The notes under the pieces: model-generated
What the model was told of the DNA's origin: nothing
The model's database searches: none
What the model saw: the letters and a program-made list of their open reading frames with translations, nothing else
Shown here: piece by piece, positions 40,372-54,686 of the stretch
How the letters are laid out: every line of letters begins with the position of its first letter
Numbering within the stretch: position 1 is the stretch's first letter
Program-made: the position numbers and the translations under genes
Source: Ruditapes philippinarum
Taxonomy: Eukaryota
Direction: 5' to 3'
NCBI RefSeq assembly: GCF_026571515.1
Contig: NW_026862067.1
Coordinates: 62,001-126,000, forward strand
Length of the DNA: 64,000 bases

Positions 40372-40681
40372 CTTGAAGTTCAAGAAGCTTTGCCTTAACT
40401 GCCGATGTGACATTACTGACGACTTCTTTCATACTGGTCTCGAAGCCATTTTCAAGTTCTTGTTGATTTGCTTTCATCTGATCACTAACTTCCGTCTTGA
40501 TATTTTCAACTCTGTTAACACATTGCTCTACCTCAAATTTCAGTCTCTCCATTTGAAACTCTATGCGTACCATTTTTTCCAGCACCTTTTCCTCAAAATC
40601 ATATTTAGAACAGCGAGGTTCTTCACAATTTCTTCCATTTGTCAAAAGAAATAGAAGAAACACTATTTTAGAGAGCGACAT
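40372..40681 (-). CDS. C1q domain-containing protein B, exon 1 (signal peptide + coiled coil)
   Basis: Near-identical to exon 1 of gene A; donor G|gtaaaa, phase 1; 7545-bp intron; 244 aa in total. Confidence 0.9.
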
Positions 40682-43600
40682 GTTTCACGAATGACTTTTC
40701 TGTTTGCGTTTCTTGAAAAAATAGCATTACTTCTAAGAGCTATTCGTTTGTTTCATTATACACAAAATCCTAATCATGCTATTATGCTATACAGACGTAT
40801 GCCAACATTTTTACACGTTACTTGTCTTTTCAATTACACTTTAATGGTTTTCTCTGTCACAATATTTACAAACACAGTGTTTTGCAGGAAGTTTTGGCAG
40901 ACGTCTTCAAAAACATAACTTCAGTTTCCATTATTGTTTACTTTGGCAGAAGTTCCATGGAAGATATTTTGGTACATCAAAGCATTTTATTAGATGCTAT
41001 GTACTGTTTGCGACGATAACTTCAACTGCAGGTCTCTATCCTTTTCATACCATCAAACAATCATACATACCGTTTAATTTCTGTCGGCAGAAGGTTGGGC
41101 CATTTCCAAATGAGTCTTTGGATATAACTTTCAATTAAAATATCAAATATTTCCAAAATGTCGGCTTTTCTGTATTATTTTTTTTTCTGTAAGTAGGAAG
41201 AGACATTATTTTTAATATTCAGTTTGTGTTTCATGCGCAGTGCAATGACCCATGCGTTTTCTGCTATGTGAAACTGCTTTTAAAACACAGTAAGTCTTAT
41301 TATACATGAATTTAAATGCCTTTATCACCAGTTTATACCTTTGAATTGTATAAGATTCTTCTTCATTGCCCATCTGACCACATACATGATTATAAAACAT
41401 AAACTTATATACCATATATTTGCAAAGATATCAAAAACTCTTGCTGATCATCAAATGAAATGATCAGTTGTTAATCGATATAGATATTGATAATCCATCA
41501 GCTATGTCTGTAGGGTTTACTTTTGCCGAGAGACATATATATATTATATATATATATAATGTTTTTGTATATAGGACATTTTGAAAATAAATAAGACTGG
41601 TGATGGTATTTTCCATAATGTTAAAAAGTTCTGAAATTACTGTGTAAATTATTTAGATTTCCTAAATAAAGTGTCTTTTTGCTTTAAAGGTATGGCATTA
41701 ATTTTAGAAAAAAGTTGACCCACTTCCGAATAATAAGAAAAATAAATATTTGCTTAAGAATAATCATGAAACATTCACTGTCTTGGTTATATTGTCATGA
41801 AAGTTGCTTTAAATCTATGGTTATAACCGAATTGGTTTCATTACAAGGAACGTCTTTGTTCTTTTATCCTTATTATTAATAATGTGTAATATTGTTCTAT
41901 GGTCTATTTTTGACCACTATCAAGTAATCTGTGTTTACTGTAAAACAGGTCTTGTATGCACTAATCACATTTCTTCTATTTACCAGCACTATTAAAAAAA
42001 TAAACTTTTCTTACTCTGTTTTTCTTGTTTTATATTAGATATACTAATATCGAAGCAAAATCCGTCGGTATACGATCATACGCTTTTTTTTGGTAACAGT
42101 AACTCTTTAAAATTAAAAAGAGAAATAGCAATCAAAAGAGGAAACTTATTGGTTTGTGTATTTCGTGCTATACGTTGCTGTTGTAAGACATTTAGGTTTT
42201 TTGTTTAATTCTACCAAATGACACATTTATGTATTCAAAATTTTTGATGAAACAAAATATTCTCTCTTTATACAATAAATAGTTCAGGAAACTCATATCA
42301 GACAATCTGCAGCTTGTGTTCCGAAAGCCGTACAAACTCAAGTGACATTCCGGGGTGAATATTCATGCTCAGTCCGTACAGACTTGTACTTGTGGGCTAT
42401 AAGGTTGATTATTGGGTGCAAATATGTTGCTTATGAGGTTTAGATATCAAACAAGATCAAAGAAAAAACCCCAAAATGTCAACTCAGAAAGAAGGTTCGG
42501 TGAGCCAGGACAGAGGCAGATGCAGAATATTAAAGTTTTTGATGATTTCTTTTTAATTTTTGACGGGCATATTAAGATACATAAAGTTATTGACAGGACA
42601 TCTCAGGAGAGAGATCAAAATTTTTATTTTTCAAATGTAAAAAAAAGAAATAAGATTTTCATAGCAGTAAAGTAATTAACCATTTCATATTAAGATATAT
42701 TTCATATAGCATGTCCACGTGATGTTAAAACAATAAATGAAGAAAATGAATTTAAAAACATTGTCACAGAACTGGATCTTCTGTAAATAGCTGTAATACC
42801 TTCTTCCATAATATTTTGCAGGTTCGTTTGCTTATGTCGACTTTGTTATCAGTCTACAATATATTATCTAATCTGTAATATGAAAATTAAATTTTTTACA
42901 AACCTAACCATCACGGATTGCATTGATTTTTAATTTATAATTGTAAAAACTAATTAAGGTGTTCAGTTGCCAAGGAACATACTTGTCAGGGAAGGAATGT
43001 GCCAGAATAAAGGTTCCTGAATATGGCCAAAGTCTGGTCACGTGTATGAGAAAAATGTTTTAAGCTATGACCACGTGACAGATTATTCTACGTACCAGCG
43101 ACGGAAGTTTTATTACCACTAGCATCATTTATAAGTGTTCTCCTGTGAACGTTACCTTTGCCTTGTTGATTACTGTTCTCATTTTTTTGTATTCCGCACC
43201 GTAGTTACATAAATGGTTTTCCAGGTAAACTATATCTTTTATTCGATTTTGTTTTAAGACCGACATCTACCAATAAACGTAAATATTATCAGTTTCTTAC
43301 ATATAAATTATTATCTACATGAATATCGACTACATGTGCTCTTCTTTTTCCACATATTTAGCTATTGCCCTGTAATGTATACCTTAAATAGTATAAATGT
43401 GAAAAGGGAATATTTTAAGAATTCAAAGGTAAAATATGAAAACAAAGGTCAACAAGAATAGGTGGCGTTTAAATTAACTGCGTCTATGAATGAATAATTA
43501 TCTGTAATATTTTCAGTTGGCAACAACTTTACCAAATATTTTAACGATGCGTAAAGCATCAAAAAATAATTCATAACGTTATTAGCAGATTCTCTATCCC

Positions 43601-45040
43601 GTTATGTACACATTGTTAAGCAATGGTGTAAGTTGTTGCAGTATTTTTTACTGTTACTTTATTGTAGCATTAAATGATTGTAATGAAGGATTATTATATG
43701 CTTGAAATAGAATACAAAGAAATAAATGATACTGACAATGCTTGTTAGTGTCTTGCATGATGAAAGTATTTTATTCTTATATGCCGATCTTATTCAAGCA
43801 TTTTTATCAACCTATATCTTTTTGTAAATCAAAGTATGTATAAATCTATAGAACTGTAATTATAGAAATGAGCTATGTCAATTAGCTGTTTATTATAAAA
43901 AGGCTATGAAAATTAGAACTTAGATATTAAATAATTTTCAATGATAAAACAACATATTGAATTTATCTTATTTTTTAAATTTGTTTATCCTCATTTAACT
44001 TAAGCTTAAACTACCAACTTATGTTTAATAGCCTGCATTATTATTTAACTGTTATATTGGCTGATTGCCCTGATATGTACCTGTTACTCAACAATTATGC
44101 TGTAAATGACGATGCAATATGTATAAATCAAACAAACAAAACGTTCTGTTAAACCAAACATGTTACTTTTATAAATACTTTGTCTTTCAGTTTGAACAAT
44201 AACACATTTCTATTGACCGATGTGAAATCCTTATAACTGGCGGTTACATAAAGTTTGGCAGTAAAACTACATGTTTGGAACAGTTATATCTACTATATTC
44301 AGCTACAAACATCTTTCCTGGTTCGGCGCCGTATCACCTAAGTTGTGTTCGTGTTCCTTTAACCAAACAGCAAACAAAACATTGACTGATCGTTCTCTTT
44401 ATAAATTATAGTCATTATCATTTACCTTCATTTGTAATAAAGTTATTTTTGTATCCAAGTAATTTTAATAATTAAAATGGCAACGTTTTGTTAATTTCAA
44501 ATACACGATTTTATTTAATCCGTATGTTTAAATGATATTGGTTGTTACGTGTTACTTTCTTATAAAAACATAGATGTTGTTTTTAAATAATGTATTAGTG
44601 TGTAGCTTGTTCAAAAATAAATTAGATGACAAAATGTTAAAAATAGTTATGACAAAATGTTAAAAATAGTTATTACTGACATACATGTAGAAAACGAATC
44701 TTTAGATTGTTTTCATTGTACTGTCAATCCGTCCCAGCTGTTAACATCTTATAAAGGTAGTAGAGCAGATTTCTTGTTCCTGGTTTCTGAAATATGATCA
44801 TGTATTTTTTAAATGAATAAATCAGGTATTTCTTTTGATCAACAGGACATACAGTTTTATGTTAAAAACAAAATCCAATTATTTTGATCAAAAGACATAC
44901 AAAATATAACATGTCTTTGGAAAATAAGATTAAAATTAAATAAATTGCTCTCTCTATTTTCAACTTTTAAAGTACTAAATACCATTATGATGTGGTTATG
45001 CTATTGTGTCATGTTAAGAACGTAATGAACGTTCAAACGC

Positions 45041-46088
45041 ATTTTTGGCTCAACTATTTCTCGAAGAAAATAATAATAGAGGCATTCTAACAGTCATTGT
45101 GCCGTTACTGTTACCGTCCGAAAACTTTAACCTTAATCATAACTTTTTAAGTTCTTGGTTTATTGGTGTATTGTCTTCATACTTGGCATCAAAAACACTG
45201 GGGACAAGACCTTCATGTAAATCAAATTAAACATGACCATTATTCATAGATGACCTTGTCGTTTAAGGTCAAATGTCTACATTTTGCTTGTCTTTTGCCA
45301 TTTCTGGCTAAAACTTTGTTATTTTTTATTGAATTGTCTTCAAACATGAATACAACATTTTTACATTAACGAGACAGACTTTGGCCCTCAGTCATAAATG
45401 ACCTCGTCCTTGAATGTAGAAATCGTCCTCCTTTTTTGCTGTCACTTTGTAATTAATGAATGGATGGACTTCATTTTAAACCATAACATTGTCTATGATA
45501 AGACCTTCATATATATCAACGATATTTTAACTCAAAGTGACCTGGGTTCACTTATGACCTAGACCTTGATGGTTTAATCATTGAATCTTCGCTGAATTTG
45601 GCTATAATTAACAGTAACTTTGTAATTTATGAAATGATTATCTTTATACTTAGACAAAACAACTTTTTAAAAAATTGAACTGACCTTGGCGTTAAGGTTT
45701 AAATGATCTTGACAAGATTTCGGTAAAGTTGTCATAATTTTGTTATTTATGTACGGATTTGATTCATACGGGGACAAAACAAAAACTCCTGTGACCAAAC
45801 GGACATGCTGAACAATTTAATTATGATCTTGACCTTTAAAAGAACTTGACCGTCAAATGATTGAATTTTGGCTACATAATTTAAATCTGTCATTTATTTA
45901 TGGAAATGATTCATAGTTGTACAAAACAACAAGCGTGACAAGACAAAGCTCTTAAAGTAAATAAAAGGGAAAACACTTATTTTTTCTTTCGGTTTCTTTA
46001 GATTTGTTTGAACCGTTTATTCTTTGCTTTAAAAAAAGTAAAAACAAATAGTGCGTTGCCCCTATCCCCAGGCGGCACTGGCTCTTGT
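45041..46088 (+). mobile_element. Decayed Helentron-like HINE element
   Basis: TTTTTGGCTCAACTATT 5-prime end; degenerate GTC microsatellite; TGACCTTG-rich core repeats; CTCTTGT 3-prime end. Confidence 0.6.
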
Positions 46089-46759
46089 CAAATTAAGAAG
46101 CTGTTTTCTTGTGATAAACAGACTAAATACAGCCATTGTCGCCGGATCAAAATGTAGAGTTATTGACTAAGAATTATTTAAAAAGGACCATAATAATTTG
46201 TCTCCTAGATGCTGAACAAAAACTCCAACTGTCTTATAGATGTCACTCATAATCATCCAATTAGTGTGATTAACTGTATCTAGTCGTTACGGTATATTTA
46301 TATGCAGTTAAACTTGGATTGTATGTAATTTGGGCAAACCTACTTGTATATTGTTTACGTATGTACTTATCATGGAATGGCGATTGATTGATTATATAAT
46401 TTGAAAAAATTTCAAATAATAAATTGGTTAATTCTGCCATACTCTTCCCAGAACGTCTGTATTTCGAGATTTTTTATTTGCTATCATATCATACAAGCTA
46501 ACTCTCATTAAAGTAGGCGGTTGTCGGAGGTAAAAGTGCCAGTTTAAGAGTTTGTCTTTACTGGTTTACCTATTTATTAAGCTAAGGTTGCTTCTCCAGT
46601 GTCGTCAAATGAATAAATTATTCAACTGTCTCTGTTTGTTCTTGATTGAGTTTTGTTGCTTTTAAGCTTAAAGTATTAAAGGGATATTTTCTTTGAACAT
46701 GGACCGTGAAACGGTCTGTACTACATTACAATAAAGATAACAAACCGTAATAATGACCT

Positions 46760-46952
46760 ATGTTATCAGATGAATATCATTGCCATCAAAGTAAAACCAT
46801 TCCAGTCAATCATTTGACTAACAATCTTTTACTGAATATGTGCGCCCAATTGACGGATGCTGTAAACGTTCCGGTATAAATTAGGATTATACACAGACGC
46901 TACACCACTGTCGTATGATCGTTTAATTTTGCTTTAAATGTTACAGTAAATG
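46760..46952 (-). pseudogene. Decayed C1q head exon (A-type relic)
   Basis: tttttctag| then FTVTFKAKLNDHTTVV* and ...TGTFTASVNWAHIFS; ACTGAATATGTGCGCCCAATTGACGGATGCTGTAAACGTTCCGGTAT aligns to gene A 26673-26718; stops and deletions; no exon 1 found. Confidence 0.75.
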
Positions 46953-47463
46953 CTAGAAAAAGATAGATTAGAACAAATTTTCCGGGTAATTTAAAGTGAC
47001 ATTATGCTCATTATTTTTGCTGTCAAATTTGGCTGAATTAGTACTATATTTCAAAAGATTGTTAATTATACTAGTGATTGACCCATAATTGATATTGAGG
47101 AATGTTTAAGACAAAATGCAAAAACTACCTTAATACAAAAAGACTGTCCCACTATGATACTGATCAAACTTGTAAACTTGTGACATAATTATTATGTTCC
47201 TAGTTTTGCGGTCCATATTAACCCTATTAAAAAACTGTATCAAGAAACAGGAACCATGGTATGACCATAGCTTAAGAGACAATGACTTTAACTTCTAAGT
47301 TTTAAAAGAAAGTTTAATGTTTTTACTTTAACTGACAAATGTAATGTATGCTTTCAAAATATGAATTGGCAAACCAAACATATATTAAAAAAAGAATGGT
47401 CCGTGGTCACGAGAATCAATCCGTTAATGTATGTTTTCTTATCCATTAATATATACCAGCTAG

Positions 47464-47636
47464 CGCAGTTTTTATGCGAGAATATAGTGCTAATGTACCC
47501 CTTTTTTCGTGCATTAATCTCTGCAGGAGCACGAGGACGCATTTTTTCGGACTCGAGCTATAGTAAGTCCGAGGGCTACTGCATGTGTACCTGCACGAAA
47601 AAGGCACATTAACGCTATCCTTGCAAAAATATGCGT
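47464..47636. repeat. Palindromic repeat (possibly Crypton-like non-autonomous)
   Basis: Inverted arms ...TTTTTCGTGCA / TGCACGAAAAA... around a CGGACT...AGTCCG central hairpin. Confidence 0.5.
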
Positions 47637-50416
47637 ATAAATCGGTTATCGGCAATTCCACGTTTCGCTATCTGCTATCTGTACATTTAGAAACCATTTT
47701 GTGTGTGATGCTTTCCCCGTGCTAGTGCCATGCCAGTTAGCAGTGATATTTACATCATTTAGAAGTACTGATCCGGTTATTTGCAATGTGAGGATAATCT
47801 ATGGAAACGACTGCGTTCCGGAAGCGTGAAAAGAAAACTAAACCTGCAGCGTTCTTTTCATCACAATCGGACTATTATGATGGCATCTCACCAAGGTATT
47901 CATGCAATTGAAAACTTTACATCAAAGAAATAATAGCAAAACATTCATGAACGGGTCTGAAACAAACAAATTATCTATTTATAATTGTTCCTTCAAGTAT
48001 TATAAAGTTGTAGATGTTAACAACATTACACGGAATAATATATTCTCAACAAAAGTTCCAACTAGACCTTTAAGTTGTGTAAAATTATCAGAATATTGGT
48101 AGTTACATTAAGTATGGACAAAAATGATATCTCAATAGCGCATTAAATAGTATGATAATCAGTTTTTTATGACGTTGTGTATCGAAGGTAACACTACCTT
48201 ATGAATAAATTCATTTTTGTGTGTGTGCCGATTGACCGTCAGAACGTGAGGACAAAATCGGTAGAATGTATTGTCGGAATAAACTTCTTGTAAACATTAA
48301 CTACATGACGGGACAGCCAGCAACGTATCAGACTATACTTCTCGGTTACTTCAATTCAAATTTGACAAGAGTTAATAATCCAAATTAAAAAGAAACATGA
48401 GGTATTAGAATGGTATTTTTTGGGGGGGGGGGGGGGCGGTGGAAATATGGGGAAATGGGGAGGGGGGTATCTGTAGAATATTGTAATACAGATCCTGAAA
48501 TGATAAATTATGAAACTAACATCACAAAATTAATTTTTACTCAATTTGATGTGTGAAAATTTTCCCTTTTATGCTTATACCACCAACGATACTCTGGTTA
48601 TACCGCAAAAACTAAGGGGTCTAGTTGCAACTTTTGTTCAGTATAATATATAATTTCCATTCTTGTGATTTTAAACACTGGTAGATCTATTTGTCTGTAC
48701 AGTCTATCTTTATATAGAATCAGATAATTGTCATTTTAATCAAAACATCTACGTGCATCACTGTCATACTAGAGAGATGCTGAATACGAATCGTAACTCT
48801 GCAACATTAAGGATGGAGAAACCAGAGACATTGGCTTCTTTGTTGTGTTTTACATCGCACCATCACAGTATAGGTCTTATGGCGACATTCCAGCTTTACT
48901 TGTGGAGTAAGACCTCAGGTGCCTTTCCGGGTATTATTTCAGGCACGAACAGACACCCGAGTAGAATCATCGCGGTTCCGTCAGCCAGCTGGATAACTTC
49001 CGTTGTGTCAAAGACAAGGGGATAGAGTAGAAACAATCGACACAAAATATTATGAAGCGATATATTTTCAAAGGAAAAAAAGGATTTTGATTACATTATG
49101 TATTGGTATTCTCTTATCATTATATTTTTAATTGATAAATACTTCACACTTATTTCAACAAAATAAATGGCAAAAATCCAACGAAACAACAACAACAACA
49201 AACTCTTCTGAGATTATTCATATTGCAAAATATATACAAAAAGTTGTATTTCAACCTCATCATTTGCTGATAGATTCTTGTTGACCAGCAGAAAAACAGA
49301 TTGCATTAAAAAGGAAGAAAAATGTGTAAACAATAATTTTAAGAAGAGGGATTTGCAGGTAAGCGGCATGCTAAATTAAACAGTCCCAGAAAAGATATAC
49401 TGAAACTTGCTGTTTCAAAATTGCAACATTGTTTTCAGAATGTCACTAAAGCTAGACCGTCACTGAAGTAAGGCAGCCTACGATGACTATGATTCGCATT
49501 AATGGTCTCAAATCCTGTGTCACCAAAGTAAACTCAACTCATTTTTGTTTAATTATGTAAAAATAATATATTTTATTATTTGAATTGTCTGTTTAAAGTT
49601 CGTATGCCTTGAACTTGATACGCATATCATTTTATTGGCGAGACAATTATTGTCTTTTCAATGCGATTTTGCTTGAAGAGTTCGAACACAATTCATCCTA
49701 CTTATTTGTTAGAAAATCCAGTTTCGTATGCCTGGATCAGAAACATGAAAATATGGTTTTGAATGCGATAAACACACACGTACAATAAGTGTGTGTTAGT
49801 TATTTTGCTAGTTTTTTTTAAATGTCGTTGGTGCCGTCTCGTGTCCGAGATAAATCATGGTGGGGTATATGAGTTCTTCTTCCGCGACTAGATAGAAAGT
49901 CAACATATGAGCATTAAAGTATTTGTTTTGACTTAAATTCCAACTCAAACAAAACAACAAAACTCTCAAACATTACACGAGGCAAAGCTATTGCTCTGTA
50001 CTATTTATCTACCGCCTTATATGTTCTGCTATCCGTGTACGAAAGATAATGGTGCCATTTTAGGATAATGTGTTATTTTTTTTATAATTGTATACCACCT
50101 ACTTTAATAGTTTATGTCTTCATACAGTTTGAACACAATTTATTTTAAAAGAAATAAACCAAACAAAGAAATTATTGATAATAGCAACGAAAAAGTTATA
50201 AATACATTGAAAAGTAAATGATTAACTTCGCTAAGTTTTATTAATAAGTGTTAAGAAGTATTGCATCAATAGCAATAAATTCGGCATACAAATGCACTAG
50301 TAATTTTGCATAAGATCTAACAATATCAAAATGCATGTTCGCCTATAATATTCATCATATCAGAGCTTTCTACTCACTACTGGTATACAACTAGGTGAAA
50401 CAAAGTTAACACAAAA

Positions 50417-50835
50417 TTAAATCTTCCTGTTTATTAATGTCCCGGAGAATGTATTCCAACGCCATGTATTATGTTTTATTATGGTGCCAGTATTACCGCC
50501 TGGTATAACCTCGACCCATACCTTCTTTCCTGCGGTCACTATCGCAACTGTATCAGCTGATGAACGACCACTGCTACCATCACCATTGAACAATGACGCT
50601 GTATATTGTGTTCCTTCAACCATTATCTTAACAGTCAATAACTTGTTAGTGTAGACACAGAAAGCTAGACTGAACGTGTACATCCCACTGACGGGTGCTG
50701 TAAATTGTCCGGTGTCTGTGTTATATGCGTCTCCTTCCTTGAAGATTAATACTGGAAACACTATTGTCTGACCTCCCACCACTGCAGTATTGACATTTAA
50801 TCTTGCCTTAAATGCAATAGTTGGTGTTACAGTAT
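50417..50835 (-). CDS. C1q domain-containing protein C, exon 2 (globular C1q head, open)
   Basis: IAFKARL...YNTDTGQFTAPVSGMYTFS...WNTFSGTLI; same acceptor context as gene B. Confidence 0.88.
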
Positions 50836-52341
50836 CTAGAAATGAAAAACATAAAGAATTCACAAGCAGGGGATGATATTTTTCAAATTCAACTTAATAT
50901 CATTTGATACAACACATGCTGTTAATTATCAATCAATTTAAATGCTAGATAAAATATTTGTATCAAATTTGATTTAACGAAATAAGTACATGTACATATT
51001 TATCGTTTTCGAGTCCGTTTATTAGTTTCATGAAATATAAGGGGCAACTACATTAACCTTTTAATTGTCAAAAATGAAAGGCTAAAAAAATGAAAATAAA
51101 GTATCTATTTGTTTGGGGCTGCTTATGATTTATAATACATTTGAATTATTTTTTACACCGAAAACATATCATAAACTGTATGTTAATCTAATATTTATGG
51201 ACAATATAAAGGTTCCAAAAAGACTGTTTGTGAAAGTATGGATACTGAATAGACATGCCCCAGTACAAGGGGTATGGTCATTAAGTACCAGTACTCATTA
51301 GTACCAGTACTAGATCTTGGTTAAGTACTGCAGTACAAGTACTTTTATTCGGAATTATTAAGTGCCAGTACCAGTACTTTCATATATTCACTGTATGTTG
51401 CACACTGTTAAACGAAAAAAACATATAACTTTTGTGGCGCCTTTATATGTCGCAATGCCGCTTAATGTCGCACTGGTGCTAAATGTCGCACGATTGCCAC
51501 TAAGTGTCGCAAACTCTGCTATGTTAAATGTCGCACGATTTTCCCTTGCCGTTAAATGTCGCAACACTACCGCTAAATGTCACATAATGCATTTTTTTTA
51601 TAAAATTAAGTTAGCTAGTGGTATTATATTACAATAAACATTGAGTAAATGTTCGTACATATTTAGTAACTTTGTGGGACATAAAGAAATGTCCCGATTC
51701 ATCTGCTGACTCAAGATGTAAAATGCTTTTTAAATATCATTTTTGTTTGAAATTTAAATGTAAAAGCGATTGTTTAAGGTATAGGTCGTAACTATGATAG
51801 GTGTTATGTGCATATAATACTTATCTTTTGTAAATTGCTTTGCCTGCTTAGACAAGTTTATATCTATACTTCTGTCCATCCACTTGCCTCTCACTGCTGT
51901 TAATATTCCTTCATACGAGGAAGATGCAACACCTAGTTAACGACAAGTCGCTAGTTGAAATAATGCGAGGGGGCACCTGAGGTATTTCTTCACTAGCAAA
52001 GCTGGAAAGTCGCAATGTAACCTTACAGCGTTGGTGCGAAGTGAAATCCAACAAAAAAAAAATTGTATCAGACTGCTTATTTCGTATAATTACATTACTG
52101 TGAGTACTAGCTTTCTACAATCTGAATATCAACTTGATTATTTTTACGGGTGACACAGGCACATTCAATATATTCGATAAGTTATAGACCCAACAAAAAT
52201 AATAATTAACGGTACCTGTTCGTTTGTGTGTGCGTAAATTTGCGTGAGTGTAAATGTATGTGTTATTTAAATTCCACTGTCACCAGCAATAAACATGTGA
52301 GATCACTTATTTTTGTAGGTCATATCATTCTCCGTTAGAAT

Positions 52342-54686
52342 ACAAGGTTAGCTTTTAAAAAAGCTAGTAGCAACTCGCTTCGTAATTTTTTTTTCAAGGG
52401 TGTGTTTAAATGTAAAAAATGATAGTTATTTTAGCTGAAGAGACTTCAGCGAACATCAAAATAAAAGTGACATATAAAGTTATGGAAGCCAGTTCTCTCA
52501 GTTTAACAAAGAGGAATATGAGAATATATGAAGATGCAAGTAAACAGATAGAATGAAGTCCCTATGTCTATTCACAATTACTATATGGCCTGTTGACCTT
52601 GACCAAATTTTTTTTTAGATAGGTAGAATTCATAAAGATGTCTTTTTATACGAAGTTAAGTTGTAATATGTTATTTAGTATTAGAATGAGTGACAGACAC
52701 AAGTCCTAAAGTCAACACAAGTTGTCAATCAATTCAGCCAGAAAAGCCGGGATCGTATTAAAAAATATAGGGATCCCGGAAATTGATGTTTTTCAGATAA
52801 GCTGGGATCGTATTAAAACATATAGGGATCCCGGGAATTGACCAATTCAAGAATATAGTTTTCAGAAAAGCCGGGATCGTATTAAAATATATAGAGATCC
52901 CAGGAATTGGTCAGTTCAAGAATGTAGTTTTTAGAAAAGCTGGGATCGTATTAAAACATATAGGGATCCCGGGAGTTGACCAATTCAAGAATATAGTCTT
53001 TGATTTTTCCAATTAATTAAGCATATAATTATAAGTATTGTGATTTCCGAATTTTAAGTTTGTTAATAAAAAGCTCTAATATATCTATATCCTAAGTTAA
53101 ATTAATTTAACGTTCATAACATACAATAAAAAAATAAAAACTTAACGTTTAATGGCCTTTCATTACGACAATAATCAACACAAATATAGTTTATTAGTTT
53201 TTCCTCTATATCTAATACGATCTCGGTTCCCGGGCGTCCCGGATCCCGGGATTTCCCCCCACCAGTAAATACATACACTAAATACCGGAAAGGATAAAAT
53301 GACCGGAAAAAAGAAAAAGAAAAATGCACAGAACCAGATGTACACTTATGTTAATTAACCAAACGAAAACTTACTAGAGAGAAAACAGGTGAAATCGCTA
53401 AATCAAAAGTCAGTGTAAATATGATTTATTGAAAATAATTCATGAAAGCAAACATTTTAATCATCATTATATCTTTGCGTCAAAGCAATACTTGCTGCTT
53501 TTTAAAAATGGCGTACAAATTGAAGGTTTTTTGACGCTATGTAAGATTAAATTTGCTTGGCTAAATAATTTTGGATTCCAGCCTTGACAGATAAATTTTG
53601 TAGAAAGCTGGAAGCCAAGCTTCGATTAAATTTTTGGATGGATTCGGAGTTTTAGGTTGTTTCTCAGTAAAATCCTAACATAATACCGGCTCACCGAGGC
53701 GAGCCGGCATAATACTGATTATAGCATAAAATCGGCTATTTTTTCCCTTTTTTGCCTATGTTATAACGGGACCAAAACCATGTGTTAACATAGTCACGCG
53801 CTCTTGATATAGCCCGGTTTTACCTATGCGCAATACATAAAGGGCCAAGTAAATAAACAAAAAAAAAAAAAAAAAAAAAAAAAGACGATTTGGCCTGTTT
53901 GCCAAAGTGATATATTGAAGTTATTGATTCGAGGGCCTCAATCGCATAACGACGAGCAGAATTCAAGTAACTAGATCTATGCCGGAAATACGGCGTATAG
54001 ACATCGCCGCTAATCTTGGCTGTCGCCCTTTCTAAGAAACGGACAGTTGTCAATGTAAACAAATAAATATCATTCAGTTTAACCCTCAAATCAACTTACA
54101 AAACAAGATAACATAAAATGAATATGAGAAAATATTGTTTTACTGATGTTTATATCGATAAATGCTCTTTATATTTCTTTAAGAGAATAATGTTTAGTGC
54201 CTGATATTCTTTTATAAAATTGTGAGCTTGAAAAAAAACCGATTCTGGGGTCACTGATCTTTTTTCTACCATAATCTGAAATCATTCTAGGAATTTCTGA
54301 GGGTCATGTTTTGTCTTGGCAGAGTAATTTAATGTTTTTTCTTGAGTTAATAAATCTCCAATGTTAAGCTTTGTTAAATCAATTAAAATTCGAATTTTCG
54401 AACGGTTCTGAGCATTTGAATTTCCCAAGTAGTTGGCCCCGGAAAAATAAAACGCATACGTAAAACATGAAGAATTGGATAAATACCGTCCAAGCAAAAG
54501 GATTTAATGTATATGTTTTGTATTAAATATACACCATGAATCTTTTTTAAATTTGTATCCTATAATAGCGTCAATGCACATTTATTTCGTGTTATAAAGT
54601 CTGCAGAGTCCCTTGGAACTGTTGGAGCCCTCGCCCTACCGTCTGCAAGACGTTATAACACGAATAAACGTGCGTTAACCCTATAA
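52342..54686. mobile_element. Composite ~2.3-kb segment specific to copy 2 (HINE-like end, 69-bp repeats, hairpins)
   Basis: Absent at the paralogous position ~34310; contains GC hairpins at 53229-53250 and 53685-53708 and a palindrome at 54561-54686. Confidence 0.6.
52739..52997. repeat. 69-bp tandem repeat, ~4 copies
   Basis: GGGATCGTATTAAAACATATAGGGATCCC core; units start at 52739 (short), 52794, 52863 and 52932. Confidence 0.9.

Larger units (their letters stand above)
29920..45455 (+). repeat. Segmental duplication, copy 1 (carries C1q gene B)
   Basis: Colinear with 48575-62197 across exons, intron, repeats and 5-prime flank, apart from copy-specific indels. Confidence 0.9.
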
